Shown here one piece after another: positions 1 to 16,262 of a stretch of DNA of 64,000 nucleotides. The DNA is taken from NCBI GenBank assembly GCA_965112735.1, contig OZ218952.1, forward strand, positions 806,001 through 870,000, written 5' to 3'. The notes beneath the pieces are model-generated. The model saw nothing but the letters and a program-made list of their open reading frames with translations, had not been told where the DNA came from and did not search any database. This stretch comes from Phaeosaccion multiseriatum. Taxonomy: Eukaryota; Protista; Ochrophyta, other classes. Position 1 is the stretch's first letter, and every line of letters starts with the position of its first letter. Position numbers and translations under genes: made by a program.

Positions 1-2488
1 CCCCCCCCCCCGCTCCCTCCGCCGCCGTCCCGAACCCCTGGGCCAGGTGCTTGTCAATCTTGGCGAGTTGCATCGATAGTAGCGGCCGCTCCACGGGCAA
101 CAGACTGAGTTGAAAAGTGAGTAGGTCAGATAGTATACAAGTCGTAGAAGTAAGTCGTAGGTAGTAGTAGCAAGGCATAGTACATGTTCAGTAAACCATA
201 CAATGTCAGTGGGAGGTTCCTGGTAAGTCAGTATTTCCTTTTTTCTGTCCTGCGTCTGACTAGAAGGGACTCCATGGTGTTGTACATGTCAGTAAGTCAT
301 ACGTAAGTCAGTAGAATTCCTAGTAAGTCAAGTATCCTAAGTCAATGAGTCCCTCTACCCCCCTGCTCTAGTAAGTCAGTGAGCCAAGTATCCTAAGTCA
401 ATGAGTCCCCCTACCCCACCTGCTCTGAATGGTGTTGTACATGTGCACAATGAGGTCCAGATTGCCCATGTGCCTTCGGAAGGTTTCCGCCTTGCTGTAG
501 ATTCCCAGGGCACTCCCCGGTACTTTGAGGCCGAGGAGGAGGAAGTACTTTACTTCCCTCAGCAGGCGCACCAGCAGGGGGTCGAAGTTCACAAAGAGCT
601 GCGGCTGCTGATGAGGGATGAAGAACGAACCTCCATGGCGGTACTCATGGTTGCCACTGCCCCCCACTCCTCCTCCTCCTGTCACCACCAACTGCTGCTG
701 CTGCTGCTGCTGCTGCTGTCCGTTGGCTGCCGTCGTCCCCCCTCCCTTGCTGCTCCTCTTGTCCTTCTTGCTGCTGTGCCCCCTCTCTTTCTTGCTGCTG
801 TGCCCCTTCTCCTTCTTCTTGTGCTTGCTTCCCCCCTTGCCCCCTTTGCCCTTCCTCTTGCTGCTGCCTCTGCTACTGCTCTCTCGAACCACCAGCGCCG
901 TACTACCAACACCTCCATCACCGGACCCCCCACCCGCCGGAGCGGTAGAGGGTGGTGGGGGCAGAGGCAATGCTTGGAAGCCCTTCCTCAGCAAAGGGTT
1001 CTTGAGTTTGGCCTCGCTCGTCTGCGCCACGGCCTTTCCCCATGCCTGGAGAGGCAGGCAGGGTGGGAGGGAGGGAGGGAAGAGGGGAGGGGGGAGGGAA
1101 GGGAGGAGGGGAAGGAGGCGGGGAGGGAGGGAGGGGAAGGAGGCGGGGAGGGAGGAATGAGGGAGGGAGGAAGGGAGGGATGGACGGAAGGAGGGAGGGA
1201 GGGAGGGAGGAGGGGAGGAAGGAGGGAGGGAGGAGGGAGGGAGGCAGGGAGGGATGGAGGAGGGTAGGGAGGGAAGGAGGGAGGGAGGAGGTAAGGGACG
1301 AGGGAGGGAGGGAGGGAAGGAGGGAGGGAGGGATTGTCCATCTATCTGTCGTTTTGTTCATTCACTTGTTCCTTTCTTGCTTCCTTCCTTCCTTCCATGC
1401 TTCCCTGGTTCTTTCCTTCCTTGCTTGCTTCCTTCCTTCCGTCCTTGTTCCCTTCTTTCCTTCCGTCCTTCCTTTCATCCTTCCCATCTTTCATCCTTTC
1501 TTCCTTCCTTCCTTCCTTCCTTCCTGCCTTCCTTCCTTCCTTTCTTCCTTCCTGTCTTCCTTCCTCCCTCCATTCCTTCCTTCCTTCCTTCCTTCCTGCC
1601 TCCCTCCCCCCTTCGCCCCCCGGGCTTACCTGTATACGAGCGTCTTCGAAGTCCGCCATCTCCCCCATGAGGGCCGTGTACTTGTGTAGCACGAAGCGTG
1701 CCTCCTCTCGACCCAGAACCTGACAAGGGGGAGGAAGTGGGGTAAGGTGAGGGTTATGGGGGGCAGGTGAAGCCTCCGATGTCTATGTGCATGAGAAGCT
1801 CTATAGCATCAATTACCCCCCCCCCCCCCGTCCCTCCCATCCGCTGCCATCCTTCCACTGCTATCCATCCACTGCCATCCCTCCACACGCGCACCTTGGT
1901 GTCAAGCTCTCGAAGCTTCTGCATGGGAAGCTCCACCCTCTGCTGCAGGCCTCTGGACCACGTAAGTGCCCCTGCGATGGGGGGTAGGTTGCTGGCAATG
2001 GGTGGTGCTCCTTGGCCAGAGTGGAACTGTGCCACCACTACATCCAAATCGTCGCCAAAGTCACTGATGAGGGTCAGGTACTTTTGCTCCATCTCGTCAG
2101 ACACAGCCGGTCTTTTGGTAGGAGAGAGAGGGGAGGAGGAGGAGGAGGAGGAGGAGGAGGAGGAGGAGGTAGGGGAGAGGAGAGGAGGGGAGGGGAGGGG
2201 AGGGGAGGGGAGGGGAGGGGAGGGGAGGGGAGGGGAGGGGAGGGGAGGGGTTTAAGAAACTGAACTTGAACGTGAAAGTGGGATGCAGCCCCTCATCTGG
2301 CACATATACACACACGCCCACACGCACACACACACATACGCACACACACATGCACACACACACCCAGACACACAGAGGCACCCACACACGCACATGCACA
2401 CACATACACACGCACCCGCACACACACAGCCAGACGCACACACATACACACACATGCACACACACAGACACACACAGACACACACACG

Positions 2489-2557
<69 letters not shown>

Positions 2558-4956
2558 CTGTGCACGAGGTCGGCGAAGCAATCGAGGAGTTTGAGTTTCC
2601 GTGCAATGGTGGGGGAGTCCTCAAATCCTTGGGCAAGGGCACTGGCCAGCCGCCGCTCCAAGTGCTTGAGCTTCTGCTTAAAGAGGTAGAAGGCTTGTTC
2701 GAAACCATCCGCCGAGAGGTCCATGACGTCATAGTTGCCCCTCTTCATGCACTCTACCGCTGCGGTAAAGTCACTGAAGATTTGACTGATGCACGTTGTG
2801 AGCACCTTTCCCTTTGTGCCTCCGACCTCGAGCTTGCCCAGTTTCTGAAACTGCATGACGGTCTTGGTGAGGTCTAGGACATCATGGCAGCGTTCGAGGA
2901 AGGCGTCGAGACAGACGAAGACGGCGTTGTTTTGGATGCGCCAAGGGTTGCCGGGGCACTCTGCTGCTGCCTTGGCCTGGAGGAGGAGGAGGAGGAGGAG
3001 GAGGAGGAGGAGGAGGAGGAGGAGGAGGAGGAGGAGGACGAGGAGGGGGAGGAGGAGGAGGAGGAGTAAGAGGAGGAGGAGGCGAAGGGAATAGAAGCAG
3101 CGGCAGCAGCATCAATATCCGCAGCACAGGCGGGGGGGGATCATGAGACGGAAACCGGAAGCAGGATGAAAGAATGGTGGTGGTGGTGGAGGAGGAGGAG
3201 GAGGAGGAGGAGGAGGAGGAGGAGGAGGAGGAGGAGGAGGAGGAGGAGGAGGAGAAGATGTACGACCGTCTGGCGACATGTGTGCGTGCATGCAGGCGTG
3301 CGTCGCTTTGAATAGCGCTAACCATCTCACCTTATACTCAAAGTAGACAGTCTTGAAGCGCCCAAAGACGCGGAGAGTCACGCTCAGCATATCCATCGCC
3401 TGCCGCACTTGGTCCTCCTCGATGAGCTGAAAGATGCGCTCGCCGCTAATGTAGGCCATGGCTTGCTTGATGAGACAGTTACAAATCTCACGCACCAGCA
3501 CCACGAGCCGTACGGGTGTGTTGTAGTACCCGCTTTGCTTCCACACCAGCAAAATGAGGTGACACACGGGGCGAAACACTTCGGGCAGGCTCTCAAAGTC
3601 CGCGCTCTCCGACTCGAGCAGTCGGAACCAGTCTCTCAACGCCGCAAGATACTTGGTGTTGTCGTTGGCCTCGCTTCTGGCCAGGAAGAGCTCCTTGCAA
3701 AGCTTGGCGAAGGGAGCACTGTACGTGCTGCGGTTGCGATCAAGGTGTCGAAGGATACATCGCACCCGGGTGCTCTGTAGTTGGTGAAAGAGCGCGTTCA
3801 CGTTGGTGGCTTTGTTGTCCCAAAAGTCGAGCTCGGCGGAGGGCCCTGGGTGCTCTATCTTGGTGCCACTACTGCTGCTGCTGCTGCTGCTGCCGCTGCT
3901 GCTGCTGCCGGGCTCCGCTCTGCCTCCGCCCGCTCCAAGTCGGCCCCTCCTAGACCCTGTGCTGTTGTCCCCCCCCCCCCCCGATGCCCCCTGCAAGATG
4001 CTGTCGGGCTCTTCCTTCAGGACACTCCGTATTTGCTTCGTCCAGGTGATGATTGTTGACTCAAGCGTGTGAATGAGGTCCTTTGCTCTGTCCTTTGAAG
4101 CCCCCTCGTCGCCTGACTGACCAGCTTCGTCCAACCCACCACCACCACCACTACCCATACCAAAGGCATTTCGAGCTGCCCCCGCCTGACCACTGCCTCC
4201 TCCTCCTCCTCCTCCTCCTGCAAGTGGTGCTCTCTCCTCCTGCTGCTGTTGCTGCTGCTGCTGTTCTGCTTTCACCGCTGTGTTCTGCGAAGACGAGGAC
4301 CCCTCCGCCTCCGCCTCCGCCGCCGCCGCTGCTGCCTGCACGTGAGTGTACACATCCTCATCTGTCGGCAGCGGGAGGCAGGCCACACCCTTGACCTGGC
4401 CCCGCATCACCTGCACGTTGGCTACGAAGGTACCGAAGGTCTCCATCACCCCCTTGGTCGTGACCTCCCCCCACCCCTGTTGCTGGGCATACGTCTTGAG
4501 AAGCGGCATGTATACTGCCTCTGACAGACGGTACATGTGCTGGAGGGCCCCTGCACCGCTCGGTAGATCACCCACCGTGATCTGGCGATGAAAGTTATCC
4601 ACTGACACTGTCTCTTGCTCAAGCTTGCAGGCGTAGCAGCAGGAGGCCTTGACGCCCCCGATTTTGGAGGCCGAGGTTTCCATTCGGAGGATGGTGCCTT
4701 TGCCCTTGTCGACGCAAAAGAAGAGGGCCATACAGTCTGCGGGGGTGTCCAGGAAAGCCCCCAGCTTGCTCATGTTGTCTGGATTTGCAATAAAGTTCTT
4801 GATGGCCGTCGACTGCAGCGCGGGACAGCACACTTGTACCTGGCGAAGAATCCAGTCGGTTCGAGGGTCAGAGGTCTCAGGCAGAACGCTCAGCCTCCGT
4901 TTAGCCGCTGTCGCGGCTGCCCCGCCCCGAGTTGGCGAGTGCATTCCCGCCACCAT
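1..4956 (-). CDS. Axonemal dynein heavy chain, outer-arm beta-like; N-terminal tail region (DHC_N1), gene continues beyond window start
   Basis: Exons 4956-3331, 2976-2558, 2111-1895, 1719-1630, 1045-420, 104-~36 are joined by GT-AG introns in frame. Motifs: LESTIITWTKQI, GPSAELDFW, YYNTPVRLVVLVREICN, NPWRIQNNAVFVCLDAFLERCHD, NLPPIAGALTWSRGL, VNFDPLLVRLLREVKYF, LLPVERPLL. Confidence 0.93.
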
Positions 4957-5594
4957 GGCAACCACAGAGGATACCTCTCACAAGTCCACCTAGAGCGCCA
5001 AAACGTTGCAGCTCTCTCGGCCACTGCAGGACCGCAACATGCACACCAATTGCCTCATGCACGCCCACACCTCGCCCCCGGCATTGGGCCACTCTCCGGC
5101 TTAGTGTATACGCCTGATTCTGAGTGTGCTCTGGCTTGTAAGCTCTTTCTTTGAGACGTCGATTCTCAGGGACAACCGCCCCGGACGCTGTGAGTTGGAT
5201 CTGGTGTCACAACACGCGCAGCAACCCCCCTGGTTTTCTGTAACCAATTTCATTTTCTTCGATTCCGCCTTCCCACACCCCCTTCTCTACGCGCCTCTAC
5301 TGCGGATGCACGTCTATACGCATCTTTGCTGCTAGCTATACGGCCTTGCGATTGGAGTTCCCTGTCCCTGGTCCTTGCCGAAACAACCGGTATTGGGGCC
5401 CAGTGAGACAACTCTTGTGGAATCAATGTTGCCCAGAGCTGACGGAAAGAGGTTGCCCCGCACAGAGGGCGCATGAGTCACCCTAAGCGCACCGAGGGAA
5501 ACCCACGCGATCGAAGCACAAGAAGGGTGTAGGACGAGTGGTCGACCCTCGCTCTTTGACGGGAGACTGTCTTTGCCGGTCTGGCGTATCGAGG

Positions 5595-8158
<2,564 letters not shown>

Positions 8159-8681
8159 CGCAGTTTCAGCTCCAGGTCTCGTTTCAGTTTCAGTTTCAGT
8201 TTGTTAAGTCCTACTGGAAACATTTCTACCAGCTAAAACAGCCAAAGGTAAACAATGTCGCAATCCAAAAGCCAAGATTGATGTTCCTTATATCGAGTAC
8301 ATACATGCATGCATATATATATGCATATATGTATAAGGAGAGACATGTCAAGATATGTGCGTTGGAAGTCACATTCATGGACTGCCCTTTTATCGAAATA
8401 TGTACTCGAGGGAAGGACGGACTTTGATGGATGGATGGCACTCTAAGTGCTAGCAGATCGACGTGGACATACATATATATGGGGTGGGGTGGTGGGAAGG
8501 GGGGAAGGGAGAGAGGTGGGGTTGTATGCGAGTTGGTGGTTTGTATTGGCATACACACACATGCGCACACACACACACGCGCGCGCGCGCAGTAATCAAA
8601 TAGTACGCCTTCGAGCTGCCGCGAAACATTCCATCTCTTGTGTTCTCTGACACGGGTAAGATCTTAGCTCAATTCTTTCCT

Positions 8682-11600
8682 TCAGATGATGACGATGCCT
8701 CCTCTGTGACCTCTGCGCTTGCCTCTGGAGGAGAAGCCCCCCCCCCCCCCTTTTCCGTCTCTGCCGCCCGAGACCACGCCACTCCTGTTTCCTGAGCCTC
8801 GGAGCTCCTCCTCGTCCTCCTCCTCCACCTCCTCCTCTTCACTATCATTCCTGTGCTCTTGCATAGTAGCAGCTGCTGAGGTGGCGTTTCGCTTAAAGAG
8901 GGACAGGTCGTCGCCGTAGTAGACTCCTGTATCACCAACTCCACTGCCAGAAGAGGCGGAGTGGCGAACGTGATTGCGGAAGAACTGGCTCGTCGCCGAT
9001 CCCAATCCTCCCCCCCCTCTTCCTCTACTTCTTCCTCCTCCTCCTCCTCCTCCTCCTCCTCCTCCTCCTCCTCCGCCTCCTCCTCCTCCTCCTCCTCCTC
9101 CTCCTCCTCCTCCTCCTCCTCCTCCTCCTCCTCCTCCTCCTCCTCCTCCTCCTCCTCCTCCTCCTCCCCCACCTCCCCGCCTCGGTCCAACGCCTACCCT
9201 CCTACCACCACCGGCACCACCACCCCGACGACCCCCCCCACCACCACCACCACCGTGACCACCACCACCACTAGCAGGAGTGGAGCTGCCTTCGTCCTCC
9301 AGCTCTCTCACCCGCATTTCAAGCTCTAGTAGTTGCATTTGTACGGCATTCGATGGCGAACTCGCCGCCAGACCGCAACTTTCCCTACATTGCTGCTGCT
9401 GCTGCTGCTGCTGTTGCTGCTGTATCACCAACTGGCCGTGGTCACGCTCGCCTTCCTCCTCCTCGTATGCATAGTTTCCTCTCCTTCCTCCTCCTCCTGC
9501 TCGCCTTCTTCCTCTTCCCTCATCTACCGGAGCATGAGAAGGCGTCTTCCTGCCACATTTCTCCAGCATGTGAGAGCGAACATCGACAGCGCTGGCACCC
9601 GCACACACACTACCACCAACAGCAGTACGCGCCCGGCCCGCCCCCTGGGGTAACGCCCCCCGGGATGACGCCCCCCCGGGTGACGCCCCCCTGGGTGATT
9701 GGTACGCGGATAGGCCCCTAGCGGCTGCCAGGGCTGCCCCTGCTGACAGAGGCCGGGGCTTTGCGAGGGGGTGGCGCTGATGCTGATGCCGCTCTGTCCT
9801 GTTGCTGTTGGTGGCGGTGTAGTTGGGGGTGGTGCCGCTGTGCACCGCATGATGCTCCCCTCCACCTCCTGCTCCTCCTCCTCCTTCTCCTCCTCCCTTG
9901 GTGCTGCTACTGCTTTTCGAAGCCGTCCCAACAATTGGTGACGCCGAAGCCGGTCTCCTGATTCGAACAGGGGAGGTTCGGCCTCGGCCGGAGGGTTGGA
10001 CTTCGTCGCTGCCGCTCCTCTTTCGCCCGCCTTGCCACATTCCTCCTCCTTCTCCTCCTTCTCCCACACCTCGTCCTCCTCCTGATCTTCCTCTGTCACC
10101 ACCACCTCTACCTCCTCCTCGTCGTCGTCCTGCTCCTCCTCCTCCTCCTCCTTCTTCTTCTCCTCCTTCTTCTTCTTCTACTTCTCCTTCTCTTCGTCCT
10201 CCTCCTCCTCCTCCTCCTCCTCCTCCTCCTCCTCCTCCTCCTCCTCCTCCTCCTCCTCCTCGTCCTTCTCCTCCTCCTCCTCCTCCTCCTCCCCCTCCTC
10301 CTCTTCCTCCTCCTCCGTCTCCACCAAGCCCTGCCATCCCAGCGTTAAGTCTACGCTGCTTGAGGATGGAGAGATCCTCTGCGTGGCTCATCCAATCCCT
10401 CAGCTGAGGGCGGTGCCGCTTAGGAGGAAGGTACGAAGGCGCATGTCCCTCGCCCCCACCCCCCCCTCCTCCTCCTCCTCCTCCTCTTCCTCCTCTTCCA
10501 ACCTCGCCGACTACCCCTCCTCTCGCTGCGTCCCTCTCCTCCGCCTCTACGGCCTCTCCAAAGCGATGTCGAAGATACAAGCGATGGAAGTGCGGATCTA
10601 GAGGGTGGTCCCATCGAGCTATGCCTGCGGTTTCGTGGAAGTAATACGCCCTGCCAGCTGTGAGACTACCACCACCACCACCACCACCACCATCACCACC
10701 ACCACCACCACCAGCAGTAGCAGCGCCTTGGTGACCGTGTTGGTGCTCCGGCGGTACTGTGACCATCGTCCACTCCGCGGGTAGGGTGGCTTCGAGCGCG
10801 TCGCGTGCAATCCACAACAAGTGGGCGTCGCTACTGACGCGGATGCCCAAACACACGCACATGTCCACTAACGGACGAGACAGTAGCACGATTGCCCGTT
10901 CTCCTCCCTCTCCTCCTCCTCCTCCTCCACCTCCTCCTCCTCCTCCTCCTCCTCCTCCTCCTCCTCCTCCACCACCACCTCCTCTTCCTCCTGTACAGGC
11001 TTTGCCCTTCCCCTTCCCCTTCTCCTTCCCTTTCCTCCGAGTAGTCGGGCTCCGAGTCGGGGTGTGGCTGCTGCTTCCCTCCTTGCTGCTTTCGTTTTGG
11101 CGGTGCTGTTCGGATCCTCTCTCGGGAGAAGAGCAAGCCGCTCCTCCGCCGCCACCACCACCACCACCACCACCACCACCACCACCACCACCACCACCAC
11201 GATTTTCTGCTCTCCCCCCTCCCCCTCCCCCTGCCTTGCAAGCCCCCCCCCCCCGTCGTCCTCCTCCTCCTCCTCCTGCTGCTGCTGCTGCTGTCGTTGT
11301 CGTTGCTATCGCCTCCTGTCCCGGCCAATGCCCTGTGCGAGCATGATACGCAACGGCAAAGTCGGCTTCCTCCTCTGCCTCCTCCACTAGCCCGAGATAC
11401 CTCTGGACGCTGATCCAGCCTGCGCTTCCCTTGACCATGTTGAGAAAGCGCGCTACACAGCATCGACCATCGCCGTGAATGTCGTAGCGAAGGAGCAGTC
11501 TCCGAGCATCAAAGGCGTTGAGTGTGAGTCCAAGGGCAGCGAGGGCGGAAAGGAAGTCTTGGTGCCCCAGCCATCCGTCTCGCAGACCGACACCACAAGT

Positions 11601-14600
11601 TGGTGATACACCGCTACAACCACCACCAGTAGCACTTGGTGATATTGCAGCACCACCAGCACTCGCCGACGCGCCATTGTTATCGTCGTTCTCCTGCTGC
11701 TGCTGCTGCTGCTGGCGCTGTATCACCAACTGCTGTTGGCGCTCAAAGGCGACACTCAGCTGAAACGCCCTCCTGCCGAGGAACTTTTGCTGCTGCGCCA
11801 ATTGCCTCACCACCCCTCTTTCGAGCTCCTCATGATTGGGGTCAGTAATGAAGGTGGCAAACTCACCAAAGCTTGCCCTATCGGCTGTTGGGTCCCTTGC
11901 GATACGGCCCAAGAGCTGCTGCATCTCGGTGGTGTTGAGCGTGAGGCAAAGGTCGGAGAGGGCTGCGGCGAGGTCACCAGCGTTGAAGTATCCGCATCTG
12001 CGACGGTCAAAATGCCGGAACACCTGGGGGGGGGGGGGAAGTAGAGAGGAAGGAAGGGAGAGAGGGGGTGAAGGAAGGGAGGAAGGGAGGAACGAAGGAA
12101 GGGAGGGAGGGAGGGAGGAGGGGAGGGGGGAGAGAGGGAGGGAGAGAGAGAGAGAGAGGGGATGAAGGAAGGGAGGGAGCGAGGGAGGGAGGGAGGGAGG
12201 GAGGGAGGCAGGGAGAGGGGATGAAGGAAGGAAAGAAGGAAGGAAGGAAAGAAGGAAGGAAGGAAGGAAGGAAGGAAGGAAGGAAGGAAGGAAGGAAGGA
12301 AGGAAGGAAGGAAGGAAGGAAGGAAGGAAGGAAGGAAGGGAGGGAGGTGGAAAGAAGGGAGGGAGGGGGGGAGAGAGAGAGGGGATGAAGAAATGTAGCG
12401 GTCAAGGAGGGGACAAAGGTGTGAGTACCCAAACACACAAGTTTGCCCAAACTCGGTCGACGCCCACTTTCCCGCGATACCTCCCTCTCCCTCTCCCTCC
12501 ATCTCTCCCCCCCTCTCTCTCCCTGTCTCTCTCAGGTTCTTTCCATCTCCATCTCTCTTAACTGCTTGCCGCCCTCCTTACCCCCTTACCTGTGGCAAAC
12601 TCTTATTGGCACTCGTCATCCTCCCCACCACCATAGTTCGCAGCCGTTTCGCCACCCGTTCCACCCTACTCGCAGGTCTCCTCGTGCCCGACTTTCCATC
12701 CAAGGTGATGCCCATCCCACCACTACCAATGCTAGTGTTTCCTCCTACTGCTCCTCCTACTGCTCCTCCTACTGCTCCTCCTCCTCCTGCTGCTGCTGCT
12801 GCTCCTCTTCCACCTCTTCCGTCTCCGTGAAGGGCGTCTCTTGTGCCGGGGACGGGAACGGGTACCCCAACTGGAATCTCCACGACACCCCCTCTGCCCA
12901 CTCTGCGAACTGCTATTGCTGTATTGCCAACTGCTGGGGTTGCTCGAGCTCGCTCACTCGTCTCTTTCTGCCTATGGTCCTGTTGCTGCATCGCCAACTG
13001 CTGCTGCTGCTGCTGCTGCTGCTGTATCACCAACTGCTGCTGCTGCTCTTCGGCGCGATGTCGCTCGAGTAGAGTTTCGCTGCTCTCTTCCCTCCCCTGA
13101 AAGTGGGGGCGATGCTGAGCCGCACGGCCATTGCGCTGCTCCTCCTGCTGTATCACCAACTCCTGCTTATGCTGTTGCTGTCTCCCTCTGCCTCTCCGCT
13201 TTGGTGAGCGAGGGCCTCCCCCTCCGTCTTGATCTCTCCCCTCATCTGTCCGTTGCGGACTACCAGCAGGGTGGCCTTCCTCCTCCTCCTCCTCCTCCTC
13301 CCCGGCACAGAAAACAGCGGCGTTGTCCTCGGGTTGCCCGAGCCCGGTATTGCACACATTGTCCAGGCTGCCAATACTGCTGCTACTGTTGCTACTGATC
13401 ACCTTGTTGCTCGCGGTGTTGCTGTGGTTGCCCACGCGGCGACGATCAGGGCATGGGAATGCCGCACTACCATCATCCTCATCATCATCATCATCATCAT
13501 CATCATCGTGAGCCTCGTGCCTTGTAGCGATTGGCTGGTTGTGCCGGTGGTGGTGGTAGGGATGGTGGCGTTGCGGCGAGCCAGAGCCTTGTCGACGAAG
13601 ACGACTGTGCTCATACCGCTCCTCTATCGCCAACTGATGCTGCTGCTGCTGCTGCTCATCCGCGTAGTCGTCACCAACTGTGATCCCCCCGCCCTTGTCA
13701 TCCTCAACATCCTCAACACCCTCCCAGTCTTCGTCCGAGGGGTCTTCCCAACGCTGCCTCGCCATCTGCTGCTGCTCGTGGTGCCCTCGCCCGTGCTTGT
13801 TGCCCCCCCACCTCCCCATAGCGTTGTGCTGTGCTCCGACGTCCCTCCTCCTTCTTCTCCTCCTCCGACTGCCGCTATTGCACATATGAGTGCTCTCAAC
13901 CCCGCCATTCCCCTCACACATATACCTCCTACCAACCCGGCCTCCCACCCCACCCGCCGCCTGTGATGAGTACACGCTGTCATCATCAGAAAAGTAGTAG
14001 CAGTGGCGTGGGGGAGACGGCGAGCGGGAGGAGCAAGACAGCACGGCTGAACCCCTCCTTTCCCGCCAAGAGGTGGACGGCCGCGCCCCACACCCAATGT
14101 GCCCATATACCTTCCCATAGGCCTGCCCATATGCCTGTCTGCCCACACCCAAGGAGGAGGAAGCGGTTGCGTTGGCCACGGCGGCACTGGCGGCGGCAGC
14201 AGCAACACGGATGAGCTCCTCCTCCAGGATGGGCCCGTCGCCTTCTTCGTAGTCGATGATGCCGTACTGAGTCCACTCATCATCGCCATCTGTGTTGCTT
14301 CCGTCATCATCGTCACCATCATAGACGATGAAGCTGCCCCCGTCCCCTCCTCGCCCTGCTCCTCCTCTCCCTCCCCCTCCTTCCCCTTCTTCCTGTCGTT
14401 CTCCTGCTTCCTCTTCATCCTCCTCCTCATCTTCGTACACATCAAGGGCGTCCTCCTCATCCTCCTCCTCCTCCTCCTCCTCCTCCTCCCCGCCTCCATC
14501 ACCACCACTCCTGCCGCTCTGACTGCCCTGCTGACGCCCTCCCGTCTGCCAGTGGGGCCCGTGGCTCAGTGCCGGCTTGGCAGACATAGGTCGCCTCCCC

Positions 14601-15600
14601 CGCCCGCCGAGAGTGCTCACCCTCGCACCTCCGCCGGAGTACAGGCCTAGGCTGCTGCATCTACCGTTCAGCAACCGACTGGAGCTAATACTGTTTTCAC
14701 CACCTCCTCTTACTCCTCCTCCTTCGCTTCCCCTCCTGCCCCTCACCCTCCTTCCGTACTCATCCACATGCAAAGCTGTGCCACCTCCGCCTCCGCCTCC
14801 ACTTCCACCCCCATGACTCAAGCTGCTACTGCTGCTGTTTGTGCTGATACTCGCAGGCAGCGACAACTCTCGCCGATGGTACGCTGAAGCAGGCCGCTGC
14901 CGAACCCTACTACGCCCGCTCTCCTTCTGCTGCTGCTGCTGCTGTTGCTGCTGCTGTATCACCAACTGCTCCGGCTGCCGCTGCCCTTGCCCAAGGACAA
15001 AGCCTGCGCCGTCCTCATGCCACCCCCCTGTCCCATGTCCCCCTCGCCCCCGGACAGTGTACCGCCGTCCACTGCCATCCCCCTCCTCCTCATCCTCCTC
15101 CGCCACCACCACGCCTTCGTCGTGCCAGTAGGCTGGGGCTACTCCCCCTCCTCCCCGACTGCGATTGCGTGCCTCCCAGGCGCTCTCCCTCGCCCTCAGT
15201 CGGGCGGTCCGTCGTACGAGGTCATCGGCACGACCCCCGATCCTCCTCAACACACCTCCTCCTCCTCCTCCTCCTCCTCCTCCTCCTCCTCCTCCTCCTC
15301 CTCCTACTCTTCCAGCACTGGCTCGCTGTGGTTGCTGCCCAGCCGCCCCCCCCCCTCCTCGGCTGGCTCTGCGGCTACTGCTGCCCATGTCCAGCAGGTG
15401 TCGGTCCTCCAGCTCGAGCAGCGTCATTCCTCCCAGTGGGTGATGTCCCCCGCGCACTCTCTGCAGACGCTTGCTGCGTGGCATTTGGTCCATCAGTCTT
15501 CTTGCCGTAAAGAGCCGGCTACGGCTGCGATTGCGCGGTCTGTGCCCTCCTCCCCCTCCGCCTCCTCCTTCCACCGCCAGATGGCGTTCTCGCCTCACTC

Positions 15601-15631
<31 letters not shown>

Positions 15632-15877
15632 ATGACGATGATGATGGCGGTGATACCACCAATTATCGTACCGCCTTTCCTCTTCTTCCTCGGCGTCGAA
15701 GTCCCCATTGCACGGCCCTAGATGCGAATCAAGCGAGTGCCTGCACCCCCCGCCCCCGCCCTCCCGTTGCCGGGAAGAGCATCGAACACGACTGCCACCT
15801 CCTCCATCTCCCTCGCCTCCCGGAGTCCAGTAAGGCCTTGGCAGCGGTGAGTAGAGCCCGTCTTGATCAGTAGCAAC

Positions 15878-15913
<36 letters not shown>

Positions 15914-16224
15914 TGGTGATACAACAGCAGGGGCACGGGGGCGGAAGGACTGGGTAGACATGTGCAGGCGGGCTGCCTCTGCCTCTGCCTCGTCCATGAT
16001 GCTGTCGCCCGCCTCTTCAGAGCCTCCCTCAGAGGAGGAGCGTGGCCGAAGCTCGAGGTGCTCGTGCGAGTGCTGGTGCTGGTGCTGGTACTGGTGCTGG
16101 TGTGAGTGCGTGTGCTGTTGGTGGTGGTAGACGGGCAGACGGCGATACGCGTCCTCTTGTTTGTAGTTGTCCTCGCCGCAATCGCCATCCTCGATGTCGT
16201 AGTACAGATGCAGGGCCTCCTCTT

Positions 16225-16262
<38 letters not shown>

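Noticed and set aside
4949-4962. RFX X-box-like CCATGGCAAC at the dynein start
   Set aside because: Only a half match, it overlaps the start codon, and RFX-type ciliary regulation is not established for stramenopiles.
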